Part shown: positions 9,354-18,251 of the stretch, piece by piece
Numbering within the stretch: position 1 is the first letter of the stretch
Layout of the letters: every line of letters begins with the position of its first letter
Source of the DNA: a virus
Length of the DNA stretch: 64,000 nucleotides
IMG/VR virus record: IMGVR_UViG_3300005573_001035
Location: 1 to 64,000 of that record
Strand: one strand, 5' to 3'
Translations under genes and position numbers: made by a program
Notes under the pieces: generated by a model
The model's database searches: none
What the model was told of the DNA's origin: nothing
Seen by the model: the letters and a program-made list of their open reading frames with translations, nothing else

Positions 9354-10292
9354 TCATCTATTTTTTCGAATTATCTCCCTGTCTTCCGGCCATCTTTTAG
9401 TCCACTCAAGAGCCCAGTAATCTTCATTGATTCTATCTCGCATCTTGTCCTTATCTTCTGGCCATCTTTTAGCCCATTCAAGAGCCCAGTAACCTTCATT
9501 GATTCTATTTCGCATTATGTCCTTATCTTCTGGCCATCTTTTAGCCCATTCAAGAGCCCAATAATTACTAGTGATCCGATCTCGCATTATGTCCTTATCT
9601 TGCGGCCAGTTGATAACCCATCTAAAAGCCCAGTAATCTTCATTGATTCTATCTCGAATTATATCTTTGTCTTCTGGCCATCTTTTAGCCCATTCAAAAA
9701 CCCACTTATTTTCAGTGACTCGGTCTCGAATTATGTCCTTATCTTCTGGGAAATGCTTAGCCCACTCATAAGCCCACCTACTATCAGTAATACAATCTAG
9801 CATTATATGCCTATCTTCTGGCCACTTTTCGATCCAGAGAATAGCTACTACTGGGTCCTCGATTTTTTCTCTCATCGCAGGTTTGTCTTTTCGCCATCGT
9901 TTAGCCCACTTGAAAGCCCACTCACTTCCCTTAATTCTATCTCGCATTATATCTCTGTCTTCCGGCCATTGTTTAGCCCATGCAAAAACCCATTTACTTT
10001 CAGTAACTCGATCTCGCATTATATATCTATCTTCTGGCCACTGCTTGGCCCACCGATAAGCCCAGTAGCTACCAACGATTCGTTCTCGCATTATATCTCT
10101 GTCTTCTGGCCATCTTCGGGCCCAATAATATGCCCACTCGCTTTCTGTAATTCTATCTCGCATCTTGTCCTTATCTTCTGGCCATCTTTTAGCCCATGCA
10201 AAGGCAACATTTCCAGATCGAATGTACTTACGTACATTTTGTCTTAGATTAGGATTCTGTTTTGCGTATGACAGTGCTTCCATCGGAGTCAT
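9354..10292 (-). CDS. WPED-repeat protein (12 units, no C-cap)
   Basis: N-cap MTPMEALSYAKQNPNLRQNV; ends abruptly at REIIRKNR. Confidence 0.85.
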   Translation of the reverse strand: MTPMEALSYAKQNPNLRQNVRKYIRSGNVAFAWAKRWPEDKDKMRDRITESEWAYYWARRWPEDRDIMRERIVGSYWAYRWAKQWPEDRYIMRDRVTESKWVFAWAKQWPEDRDIMRDRIKGSEWAFKWAKRWRKDKPAMREKIEDPVVAILWIEKWPEDRHIMLDCITDSRWAYEWAKHFPEDKDIIRDRVTENKWVFEWAKRWPEDKDIIRDRINEDYWAFRWVINWPQDKDIMRDRITSNYWALEWAKRWPEDKDIMRNRINEGYWALEWAKRWPEDKDKMRDRINEDYWALEWTKRWPEDREIIRKNR

Positions 10293-11362
10293 TTTTTGCT
10301 ACTTACCTCCCCCAATTCTCCATGTAAGATAACTTCAAGCGCTTTTCTATAGATTTCTTCATCTTTCTTACAAACTTCTACAAGATCTGGGTCTGGTCCT
10401 ATGTTTTTAATCCACGCAAGAGCCCATTCTGGTTCTGTAATTAGTTTTTTCATTATGTACTTATCTTCTGGCCACGCTGTAGTCCAAAAGTAAGCCCACT
10501 TACTTTCAGTAACTCGATCTCGCATTATATCCCTATCTTCTGGGAATTTAAGGGTCCAGTAATAAGCCCACTCACTTTCAGTAACTCGATCTTGCATTAT
10601 CTCTTTGTCTTGTGGCCATCTTTTAGCCCATTCAATAGCCCAGCGATTTCTAACTCGATCTCGCATTATCTCTTTATCTTGTGGCCATTGTTCCGCCCAG
10701 TAAAGAGCCCACTTACTTTCAGTAATTCTATCCCGTATTATCTCCCTGTCTTCTGGCCACCATAGAGACCACTTAAGAACCAACTCGTTGTCAGTAATTC
10801 GATCTCGCATTATGTCTCTATCTTCTGGGAAATACTTAGCCCACTCATAAGCCCAGTAGTCCTTGACTCGATCTCGTATTATGTCCTTGTCTTCTGGCCA
10901 TCTTTTAGCCCATGCAATAGCCAAGTAATTACTACTAATCCAATCTCGTATTATGTCCTTGTCTTCTGGCCATCTTTTAGCCCATTCAAGCCAGTAATCT
11001 TTACTGATCCTATCTCGCATTATCTCCCTGTCTTCTGGCCATGTTTGTGCCCACTTACAAAGCAATTCGTCTCCAGTAACTCGATCTCGTATTATGTCCT
11101 TGTCTTCTGGCCACTCGAGAACCCACTTAAAGGCTGCTCTTGGTGTCTTAATCTTATCTCGCATTATACGCCTATCTTCTGGCCATCTTTTAGCCCATTG
11201 TAAGGCGATATAAGAAGATCGAATGCGCTTTCTTATACTCTGTTTTGAACTAGGGTCTTGCTTTGCGAGTTCAAATAGTTCTTTAGAGGTCATCTTCTTT
11301 ATTACCTCCTTATCTTCCATATATATAAATAGATCCGAAAGATTTCTTATAGAATTTCTCAT
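10289..11362 (-). CDS. WPED-repeat protein (11 units)
   Basis: Internal N-cap MTSKELFELAKQDPSS (possible start 11293); C-cap EPEWALAWIKNIGPDP. Confidence 0.85.
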   Translation of the reverse strand: MRNSIRNLSDLFIYMEDKEVIKKMTSKELFELAKQDPSSKQSIRKRIRSSYIALQWAKRWPEDRRIMRDKIKTPRAAFKWVLEWPEDKDIIRDRVTGDELLCKWAQTWPEDREIMRDRISKDYWLEWAKRWPEDKDIIRDWISSNYLAIAWAKRWPEDKDIIRDRVKDYWAYEWAKYFPEDRDIMRDRITDNELVLKWSLWWPEDREIIRDRITESKWALYWAEQWPQDKEIMRDRVRNRWAIEWAKRWPQDKEIMQDRVTESEWAYYWTLKFPEDRDIMRDRVTESKWAYFWTTAWPEDKYIMKKLITEPEWALAWIKNIGPDPDLVEVCKKDEEIYRKALEVILHGELGEVSSKK

Positions 11363-11751
11363 TCTTTCTTACAAATTTGTGATAGACCTGGATCTGGTCC
11401 AAAGGTTCTAATCCACTCTCGAAACCAAAATGGATCTTTGATTTGTTTTCTCACTATGTCCTTATCTTCTGGCCACCATATAGCCCATTGAAAAGCCCAG
11501 TAACTGTCAACTATTCGTTCTCGCATTATGTCCTTGTCTTCTGGCCACTTAAGGGCCCATCTATAAGCCCAGCGACTTTCATTAATTCTGTCTCGCATTA
11601 TGTCCTTGTCTTCTGGGAAGAGAATAGCCCATGCAAAGGCAATACTGCTAGATTCAATATATTTGCATACATTCTGTCTTAAACTAGGATTCTGCCTTGC
11701 GTATAAGAGTGCTTGTTTTGGGGTCATTTTTTCCCTGCCTCCATTTCTCAC
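11359..11751 (-). CDS. WPED-repeat protein (3 units)
   Basis: N-cap MTPKQALLYARQNPS (possible start 11727); C-cap RKQIKDPFW. Confidence 0.8.
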   Translation of the reverse strand: MRNGGREKMTPKQALLYARQNPSLRQNVCKYIESSSIAFAWAILFPEDKDIMRDRINESRWAYRWALKWPEDKDIMRERIVDSYWAFQWAIWWPEDKDIVRKQIKDPFWFREWIRTFGPDPGLSQICKKE

Positions 11752-12527
11752 CTCTTAGTTCTTTGTAAGATAAAGCCAAGAAGTGCCTGATACACCTTCT
11801 TATCTTTCTTGCAAATCTCTAACATGTCTGGGTCTGGTTCTATATTTTTAATCCACGCAAGAGCCCATTCTGGTTCTGTAATTAGTTTTTTCATTATGTG
11901 CTTATCTTCTGGCCACGCTGTAGTCCAAAAGTAAGCCCACTTACTTTCAGTAACTCGATCTCGCATTATGTCCCTATCTTCTGGAAATCTAAGGACCCAG
12001 CAATAAGCCCACTCACTTTCAGTAACTCGATCTCGCATTATCTCCTTATCTTCTGACCAGTGGAACGCCCACGAGTATGCCCATTCGCTTTCAGTAATTC
12101 TATCCCGTATTATCTCCTTGTCTTCTGGCCACCATAGAGACCACCTAAAAATCCAGTAACCATCAGTAACTCGATCTCGCATTATATGCCTATCTTCTAG
12201 CCATTTGAGTGCCCACTTGTAAGCCCACTCACTTTCGTTAATTCTATCTCGCATTATATGCCTATCTTCTAGCCATTTGAGTGCCCACTTGTAAGCCCAC
12301 TCACTTTCGTTAATTCTATCTCGCATTATCTCTCTGTCTTCTGGCCATTGTTTAACCCATTCAAAAACCCACTTATTCTCAGTAACTCGATCTCGCATTA
12401 TCTCTCTGTCTTCTGGCCACTCTAGAGTCCATTGTAAGGCGATATAAGAAGATCCAATTTGTTTAGCCAATTCTTTTCTTTTATCGGGATTTTTCTTTGC
12501 GTAGGCGAAAATTTCTTTCGAGGTCAT
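11748..12527 (-). CDS. WPED-repeat protein (8 units)
   Basis: Contains an exactly duplicated unit; C-cap EPEWALAWIKNIEPDP. Confidence 0.85.
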   Translation of the reverse strand: MTSKEIFAYAKKNPDKRKELAKQIGSSYIALQWTLEWPEDREIMRDRVTENKWVFEWVKQWPEDREIMRDRINESEWAYKWALKWLEDRHIMRDRINESEWAYKWALKWLEDRHIMRDRVTDGYWIFRWSLWWPEDKEIIRDRITESEWAYSWAFHWSEDKEIMRDRVTESEWAYCWVLRFPEDRDIMRDRVTESKWAYFWTTAWPEDKHIMKKLITEPEWALAWIKNIEPDPDMLEICKKDKKVYQALLGFILQRTKR

Positions 12528-12539
12528 CTTTCCTTACTC

Positions 12540-13232
12540 TCATCTTCCACATAGAACAAGTTCAAGTACTTTTTGGTAGATTTCTTCATCTTTCTTACAA
12601 ATTTCTATTAGCACTGGGTCTAAGCCCATTCTTTGGAGTAATAGAAAAGCTCTGTATGGATCTTGAATTTGATACTTATCTTCTGGCCATATTTCGAGCC
12701 AGTCAATAAGCCAAGTAGAAGTATGAGCAACTACTTGGAACATTATGTTCTTATCTTCTGGCCATAGTTTGGCCCACTCGAGGGCTATCTCTGGATCTTT
12801 GATTCTATCCCTTACAATATGTCTATCTTTTGGCCATTCGCGTGCCCACTTGAAAGCCCACTTACTTTCAGTAACTCGATCTCGCATTATGTCCTTATCT
12901 TCTGGCCAATGGATGGCCCACCAATAAGCCCACTCACTTTCAGTAATTCTATCACGCATTATCTCCTTGTCTTCTGGCCACTCGAGGGCCCAGCAATAAG
13001 CCCACTTGCTTTCAGTAACTCGGCCTCGCATTATATTCTTATCTTTTGGCCAACGTCTAGCCCATTCCAAGGCCCGTCTTGATGTCTTGATCTTATCTCG
13101 CATTATCTCCCTGTCTTCTGGCCACCTTCTGGTCCATTGTAAGGCGACATAAGAAGATCGAATATACTTGCATACATTTTGTCTTAAACTAGGATTCTGT
13201 TCTGCGTATAACAATGCATCTTTCGAGGTCAT
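12540..13232 (-). CDS. WPED-repeat protein (7 units), first gene of the array
   Basis: SD AGGAGG; N-cap MTSKDALLYAEQNPSLRQNV. Confidence 0.85.
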   Translation of the reverse strand: MTSKDALLYAEQNPSLRQNVCKYIRSSYVALQWTRRWPEDREIMRDKIKTSRRALEWARRWPKDKNIMRGRVTESKWAYCWALEWPEDKEIMRDRITESEWAYWWAIHWPEDKDIMRDRVTESKWAFKWAREWPKDRHIVRDRIKDPEIALEWAKLWPEDKNIMFQVVAHTSTWLIDWLEIWPEDKYQIQDPYRAFLLLQRMGLDPVLIEICKKDEEIYQKVLELVLCGR

Positions 13233-13405
13233 CTTTTCCTCCTACTTTCATTTTACAAGAAGAGGGAAGAAAGAAAAACGAAGGCTGGAAGCAATTTTAC
13301 AACATATAGCATAGATCGAAAAAGAAAAGATACAGGAAAAGAATTTTTCTTTTTCGTTTGCTGTTCTTTTTTTTTGTTTTTGGTTAAAGTAGAAGGGGAG
13401 AAAGG

Positions 13406-13456
13406 AAGAGGAGAAGGAAAGCAACGTACAAGGGCTTCGTTACATCCTCTCCTCTT
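13406..13456 (-). terminator. Long hairpin after queC (terminator or processing site)
   Basis: Arms AAGAGGAGAAGGA / TCCTCTCCTCTT with inner GCAACG/CGTTAC pairing; pyrimidine-rich tail on the minus strand. Confidence 0.4.
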
Positions 13457-13465
13457 TTTGTATGG

Positions 13466-14074
13466 CTAAGATTGTTGTGAACTAGTTGTTGTACCTGGAG
13501 TTATTGATCCATATCCACTAAAGAACTCATCTTTGGAGATAGCAAAATAGTCGCACATTTTACTAATCGTACTTTTATCCATTCCTAGCAATGGCGCCCG
13601 GATTTTCACAGATTTATCTTTGAAGTAACCATTGTTTTTACACATGTCATTCAGGGCTCCGATCCATACCTGGAAACAATCTGGAAAGTTACCTTCGTAA
13701 TCTTCCCAGTTAGCCCCGTACCAAATTTCGTAACTATCAAATTCTTTGTTAGATTCACAATATGATAGGGCTAAAGACATAAAGACTAGATTCCTTCCAG
13801 GAACATGCGCCCAATGATAGTTATATAAAGAGGGCTCGCCGGTTGTTAGGGCACTTCTAGCTAAGGCATTCAAATCAACACGCACCTCTACATAAGGAAC
13901 TTGATGCTTGGTCAGGATTCTTCGGGCTACCTGTAATTCTTCTTGCATTAGTTGACCATAGTCAAACAGGAGACAGTGAATCGTTGTGTCACTCGAATAT
14001 ATAGACTTTGCAATTTCAAGAAGCAACCTAGAGTCTTGTCCGCCGCTGTATAGAATTACTAGAAGCTTTCTCAT
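13466..14074 (-). CDS. queC: 7-cyano-7-deazaguanine synthase-like protein, C-terminally short
   Basis: PP-loop LYSGGQDS, FDYGQ, VPGRNLVF, FPDC and APLL..DK present. The usual C-terminal Cys Zn motif is absent. Confidence 0.85.
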   Translation of the reverse strand: MRKLLVILYSGGQDSRLLLEIAKSIYSSDTTIHCLLFDYGQLMQEELQVARRILTKHQVPYVEVRVDLNALARSALTTGEPSLYNYHWAHVPGRNLVFMSLALSYCESNKEFDSYEIWYGANWEDYEGNFPDCFQVWIGALNDMCKNNGYFKDKSVKIRAPLLGMDKSTISKMCDYFAISKDEFFSGYGSITPGTTTSSQQS

Positions 14075-14316
14075 CTTTCCTCCCATCTGTTAGTTATATC
14101 TTTGGAAATAGATACTAACCATTCAAATTCTTGTTTTGTTAGTCGTCCTAGCTTAGTTAGATTCCAGCTCCCATCTGATCTTTTAAGATAGTATCTTTCT
14201 AAACTAAGTTTAACCTCCCCTCCAGCATAGCTTCTTAGACTGGCTACAAGTTTCTTATCTGTTTTTTGATTGAAAATCCATTCACACTTGGTTATATCTT
14301 TTTCTGAGTTATACAT
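14071..14316 (-). CDS. PC4/YdbC-like ssDNA-binding protein
   Basis: Likely start MYNSEK at 14316. SLRSYAG...LSLERYY...DGSWNLTKLGRLTKQEF resembles the PC4 pattern. Confidence 0.55.
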   Translation of the reverse strand: MYNSEKDITKCEWIFNQKTDKKLVASLRSYAGGEVKLSLERYYLKRSDGSWNLTKLGRLTKQEFEWLVSISKDITNRWEER

Positions 14317-14899
14317 ATATGCTGTCTCTCCTTTCTTCGATATCTTTAAGAAAAGGAAGGTTAGAATCTTTCTCTGATACAATCCAGAAACTAGGTGGAG
14401 GAACTTGAATATGGCTTGGGATAGCATTCCAGATTTTAATTTCTGGATCTAGATAGTTTATACCTCTATCTCTTTCTGGATTGTAAAACTCAGTAACTTT
14501 GTAATGAACGATTGCTATCTTGCTTATTACTAAGAAACCATGAGCAAAGCCTGGGGGAATATAGACTTGTGTACCATTTGAGCTGGATAAGATCCAGGAT
14601 GATATTCTTTTATATGTTGGACTAGAAGGTCTAATATCAACTGCGAAATCTAGAATTTCTCCTTTTAAGCAAGTTACAAGTTTACCTTGGGGAGAAATAA
14701 CTTGATAATGCAATCCCCGAAAGACCCACTGTTTTGATTCCGATACATTATCTTGAACGAAACTAATAGAAGGGAAAGAACTAGATCTAAAGATCTCCGC
14801 AAACCACCCACGAGAATCTGGAAATCTTTTCCACGTTATCGTGAGCACGTCTGGGAGGACACTATCTTCTTTTATCTTTATAGATCTAGTTCTTTCCAT
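14309..14899 (-). CDS. rmlC: dTDP-4-dehydrorhamnose 3,5-epimerase
   Basis: DSRGWF, FVQDNVSES, RGLHYQ, QGKLVTC, VDIRPSSPT, YIPPGFAHGF. Confidence 0.95.
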   Translation of the reverse strand: MERTRSIKIKEDSVLPDVLTITWKRFPDSRGWFAEIFRSSSFPSISFVQDNVSESKQWVFRGLHYQVISPQGKLVTCLKGEILDFAVDIRPSSPTYKRISSWILSSSNGTQVYIPPGFAHGFLVISKIAIVHYKVTEFYNPERDRGINYLDPEIKIWNAIPSHIQVPPPSFWIVSEKDSNLPFLKDIEERRDSIYV

Positions 14900-14907
14900 T
14901 GGTTACC

Positions 14908-15870
14908 CTACGAACCAGATGATGGACTAGACGTTGAGGTGCCTGTCGTTTGAGACGTTGGTTTTGCTAAAAGCAACTCTTGGACTCTTTTTGTTGCTTC
15001 CTGGTCCAATTGCTTTAACTCTTCGGAATAAAACGATAAGCATTCAGAATATACTTGGAGTTTTTGTCTGAGATGGTCTAGGGCCTTAAATCTCGTAGCA
15101 AGCATTCGATCTTGATTCTTTACATCACTTTTCTCGAGGACCTCTTTTAGAGAAGTTATGGCTGACTCCATCTCCTCTTCTATTTTCTTTTTTACCTCAT
15201 AGTACACAGCTCTGATATTCCCAGTTGAGGTAATGAGAGGAATTGTTGAGATAACCTGCGGATTAGAAAAGATTTCGTTCATTGTTTTCTTTAGATTTCG
15301 AATGAGTTCTCTATTTTTGGGTATAAAGTAAAGACCTCCCCTATCTCTAAGTTCGTATCCATAAGAATTAGAAATCAGATTAATAAGGGCTCTGGAAACA
15401 TCGTAGCTCGTTATATTTCCTTCTAGGTTTTCCATCTCCGTTTTAATGTGATTAACAATCGCATCATTATGGTTTGCTAGAATTTTCTTCTGTTGTTTAT
15501 CAAAGATAATAATATTGTATCTAGAGATATCTGTCTCGGTAGCATCGTTTCCCTTCTCAAGCTTTGCTATTATGTATACGATTCGATTTGTATTTTCAAC
15601 TTGCTTACAAACAATATTGGTGCCTAGACTCTTAGCATATGTCTCCAAAGACGCCATGATTCGAAGAAAATTTGTGGATGATTTGGGCGGAGAAATTGAT
15701 AGTTTTTGCCCAAGGTTCTTGTTCCATATATCTTGGAACTTTTCAAACGAACATGTAAATGCTGAGGGAAGAGACCACCAAACTATATGCCCAAAAATGT
15801 TTAGTTGTTTTTCTTCTTCATATTCTGCTTGGATTGCTACAACCTTTTCTGTGTCAAGCATTGTCGCCAT
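14908..15870 (-). CDS. Hypothetical protein, DUF3150/DUF6744-like
   Basis: GHIVWWSL near the N-terminus, LRDRGGLYFIP, helical C-terminus; family assignment from memory. Confidence 0.5.
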   Translation of the reverse strand: MATMLDTEKVVAIQAEYEEEKQLNIFGHIVWWSLPSAFTCSFEKFQDIWNKNLGQKLSISPPKSSTNFLRIMASLETYAKSLGTNIVCKQVENTNRIVYIIAKLEKGNDATETDISRYNIIIFDKQQKKILANHNDAIVNHIKTEMENLEGNITSYDVSRALINLISNSYGYELRDRGGLYFIPKNRELIRNLKKTMNEIFSNPQVISTIPLITSTGNIRAVYYEVKKKIEEEMESAITSLKEVLEKSDVKNQDRMLATRFKALDHLRQKLQVYSECLSFYSEELKQLDQEATKRVQELLLAKPTSQTTGTSTSSPSSGS

Positions 15871-16204
15871 GTTTTTTCTCCTTCTTTATCTTTTCGTATA
15901 TTCGTAGTTCCGATTTGGCTTCTTCATCCCACTCACCAGGTGCATTTTTCTCAATTTGTAAAGCATATTCAAGCGCTTCCTTATTCGTTGGATCGAATTC
16001 ACAGACTACCTCAAAGTAATACCCAAAATCGTGGGGTATTCGCTTAACTGTAAATCTAATTCCATATTTCTCATGATCTGGAAAGTGTCTTCGAAGCATA
16101 TTTGCCCATGCTCTACATTCCGTGAGAGCTTTGATTTGGTAATCGTCGTCTATTGTTTGGACCGGATTTTCGTTATGTGGAGCTGGCCCTAGATAAATGA
16201 TCAT
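15854..16204 (-). CDS. Hypothetical protein
   Basis: Likely start MIIYLGPAP at 16204 (SD GAGGAGG); motif PHDFGYYFEV. Confidence 0.65.
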   Translation of the reverse strand: MIIYLGPAPHNENPVQTIDDDYQIKALTECRAWANMLRRHFPDHEKYGIRFTVKRIPHDFGYYFEVVCEFDPTNKEALEYALQIEKNAPGEWDEEAKSELRIYEKIKKEKKHGDNA

Positions 16205-16730
16205 GTTCGTCTTTTCCCTCCTCTTCTTGGAATAAGCAACTCGTTTTTCGAAAGACATACATTGTTTGGAGAGCAGCGAGTTCGTTTCTAGTTGGAGCGT
16301 AAGGAATTTTTCTGAGTTTCATATGGGCTTCTTCGGGGGTTCTATTCCCTTTCTTCTCGTTACAAGAATAACAACAAGTTACCACATTTTCGAAAATAGT
16401 TCTTCCACCTCTTGATACTGGTATTACATGGTCGATTGTTAAATTAGATCCGCTTGAGCAATACACACATTTGAAACCATCTCGAATCATAACGTTGAGT
16501 TTAGTGAGTTTTGCCTTTCTCCTAGTAAGTTTAACCTTAACTAATTTCAACAAACGGATAACTTTTGGAATTGAAATAATTAGTTGATTGCTTGAGCGGA
16601 TAATTCTATTACTGGCAACAACGATATCGGCTTTCTTTAACAGGAGCAACTTAATGGCTTTCTTCCAGCAAATGGTAGCAAGAAATGTGTAATCTAAATT
16701 CAAAAGGATTGTGTTATCTCCTTCTACCAT
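16173..16730 (-). CDS. HNH endonuclease
   Basis: RDGFKCVYC...LTIDHVIPVSRGG...NVVTCCYSCNEKKG. Confidence 0.92.
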   Translation of the reverse strand: MVEGDNTILLNLDYTFLATICWKKAIKLLLLKKADIVVASNRIIRSSNQLIISIPKVIRLLKLVKVKLTRRKAKLTKLNVMIRDGFKCVYCSSGSNLTIDHVIPVSRGGRTIFENVVTCCYSCNEKKGNRTPEEAHMKLRKIPYAPTRNELAALQTMYVFRKTSCLFQEEEGKDEHDHLSRASST

Positions 16731-16783
16731 TGGTCTATCAACTCCAATTTCGAAGTAATATTTTGTTTTTGTTAGTCAAGGTC

Positions 16784-17446
16784 TTATAATTTTGATAAAT
16801 GTTCCTTTAGCTCGGATAGATTAAATGTCTTCTTACTCAAGATTTTACTTAGTTTCTTTTTCCAATCTATTATCTCTTCTTTCTCCTTTAGTAATTCAAA
16901 GAAATCTGCTTCGATCTTTTCACATTTTTGAGTTAGGTCTTGTATTTGTTTGTCTCTTTCGTATATACTCCTTTCTAGATTTGCTATCGTGCTTTTTAGT
17001 TGGAATATCTTGTCAAATAGAGCATCAAGAAGAATATCTGCCGTTAGAAACTGATAAATATCCCTCGTATTAGGAAGATTCTTAGTTTGTTCTTCTTGAG
17101 GGGGAAGACTTGTTTTTGGTTCTTCTGTCGTTCCTATTCTGGGTTCACTGGGAGTAAAAATCTTGTATCTTCTAGCTGTGTCTAGGATTACCTTAAATGA
17201 AGGATTCTTTACAAATAGGCATCTTTTCCTGGGTCCTCTGTGTGTTACATCCGTAATGGTTTTTACGGAAATATAGTTCTTTTCGATATACTCTTTTAGG
17301 AGAAGCTTCCCAGACCACCTTCGAAAGTTCTTTTGAAATTCTGGGGGGATTTTCTCATGAATTTCTCTAGTGGTAAATTCGTTAGGCAATTTTGGTAGTA
17401 CTTCTGCTAGTATAGACAGTCTGGTTTGAGGTTTCGCTTTGTTCAT
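16784..17446 (-). CDS. Putative winged-helix DNA-binding protein with coiled coil
   Basis: N-terminal EFTTREIHE...RGPRKRCLF; heptad-rich C-terminus. Confidence 0.5.
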   Translation of the reverse strand: MNKAKPQTRLSILAEVLPKLPNEFTTREIHEKIPPEFQKNFRRWSGKLLLKEYIEKNYISVKTITDVTHRGPRKRCLFVKNPSFKVILDTARRYKIFTPSEPRIGTTEEPKTSLPPQEEQTKNLPNTRDIYQFLTADILLDALFDKIFQLKSTIANLERSIYERDKQIQDLTQKCEKIEADFFELLKEKEEIIDWKKKLSKILSKKTFNLSELKEHLSKL

Positions 17447-17702
17447 ACTTTGTTATCTCCTTTCTTCTTTCAAGTTTCATTCCTTATGGTACTTTAAAAT
17501 CAGTTCGAAATTTCAAGTGTGTTACTAGCAGATATTGCAACTATGGATCTAGATCTTCTTAGTCTGTATCACTACTCGTTTATACGATCACCAGGATTCG
17601 TATCATTTTAAGATAGTTTGAATCTTATCTAAAAAGATCATACGTTTATGAGATTTTCTTTTTGACTGACCCGTTTGTTTGTTACTCATTCATATTATTT
17701 CT

Positions 17703-18251
17703 TTAATCTTCTATCGCAGTTACTTTCCCACCTTGCCAAGGCCCAGTGTATAGAAGAGGTATTCCAGATACCTTATGAAATGTGATAGATGCGATCCTAG
17801 CTTTTCTTTCTAGGATCAAAACTCTATGGACCTGGAGACCAAATGTAAGCTTGCCTTGGTAATTTGGACTAATAATGGAAGTGAGAAGAATTGCTCCGCT
17901 TCTAAACAAAGTAGTTCTCGTCCGAATATCTCCAACGAGGTCGATATGATTGTTAATCCACTCAATGGTTTGGACTAAGTAGTAACCAGGATGGAGACGC
18001 ACAGTATCGTCTGAATCAAATGAGACCTCACTTTCAGCAGGAACGAATCTTCTCTTAATTCCCAAGTAAGCAGGTTTGTCACTCTGAGGAGGCAAATAAA
18101 AGACACGATCTAGTTTGACATCAATTGATACCCCTTCTATATGAACTGGTTCTGGACTTACAATAAGAGGAACTATTCGACATGTACCATTCTCAACCAC
18201 GATACCTCCAGCATTAATTCTTTCCCCTAGCTCATTTGCACCAAGGATCAT
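17703..18251 (-). CDS. dcd: dCTP deaminase/dUTPase-family protein
   Basis: SIDVKL, LHPGYYLVQTIE, RTTLFRSG, ISPNYQGKLT, RIASITF, YTGPWQG. Confidence 0.8.
   Translation of the reverse strand: MILGANELGERINAGGIVVENGTCRIVPLIVSPEPVHIEGVSIDVKLDRVFYLPPQSDKPAYLGIKRRFVPAESEVSFDSDDTVRLHPGYYLVQTIEWINNHIDLVGDIRTRTTLFRSGAILLTSIISPNYQGKLTFGLQVHRVLILERKARIASITFHKVSGIPLLYTGPWQGGKVTAIED

Larger units (their letters stand above)
7898..13232 (-). repeat. Tandem array of seven WPED-repeat genes (72-nt coding repeat)
   Basis: Recurring + strand motif cgcattat..cc.t.tcttctggcca at about 72-nt spacing. Exact 72-nt tandem duplication starting at 12181 and 12253. Confidence 0.95.

Noticed and set aside
7898-13232. 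CRISPR array suggested by regular repeats
   Set aside because: The period is 72 nt and in frame, the whole unit is degenerate coding sequence, there are no unique spacers and no cas genes.
2841-13232. Diversity-generating retroelement behind the repeat variation
   Set aside because: No reverse transcriptase in the window, no non-coding template copy, and differences are not evidently adenine-restricted.
16173-16730. HNH as an intron-encoded or Cas-like nuclease
   Set aside because: It is a free-standing small HNH gene that interrupts no conserved gene, with no guide-like array nearby.
17450-17700. Structured RNA or gene in this intergenic gap
   Set aside because: Only weak AT-rich pairing and very short ORFs were found.
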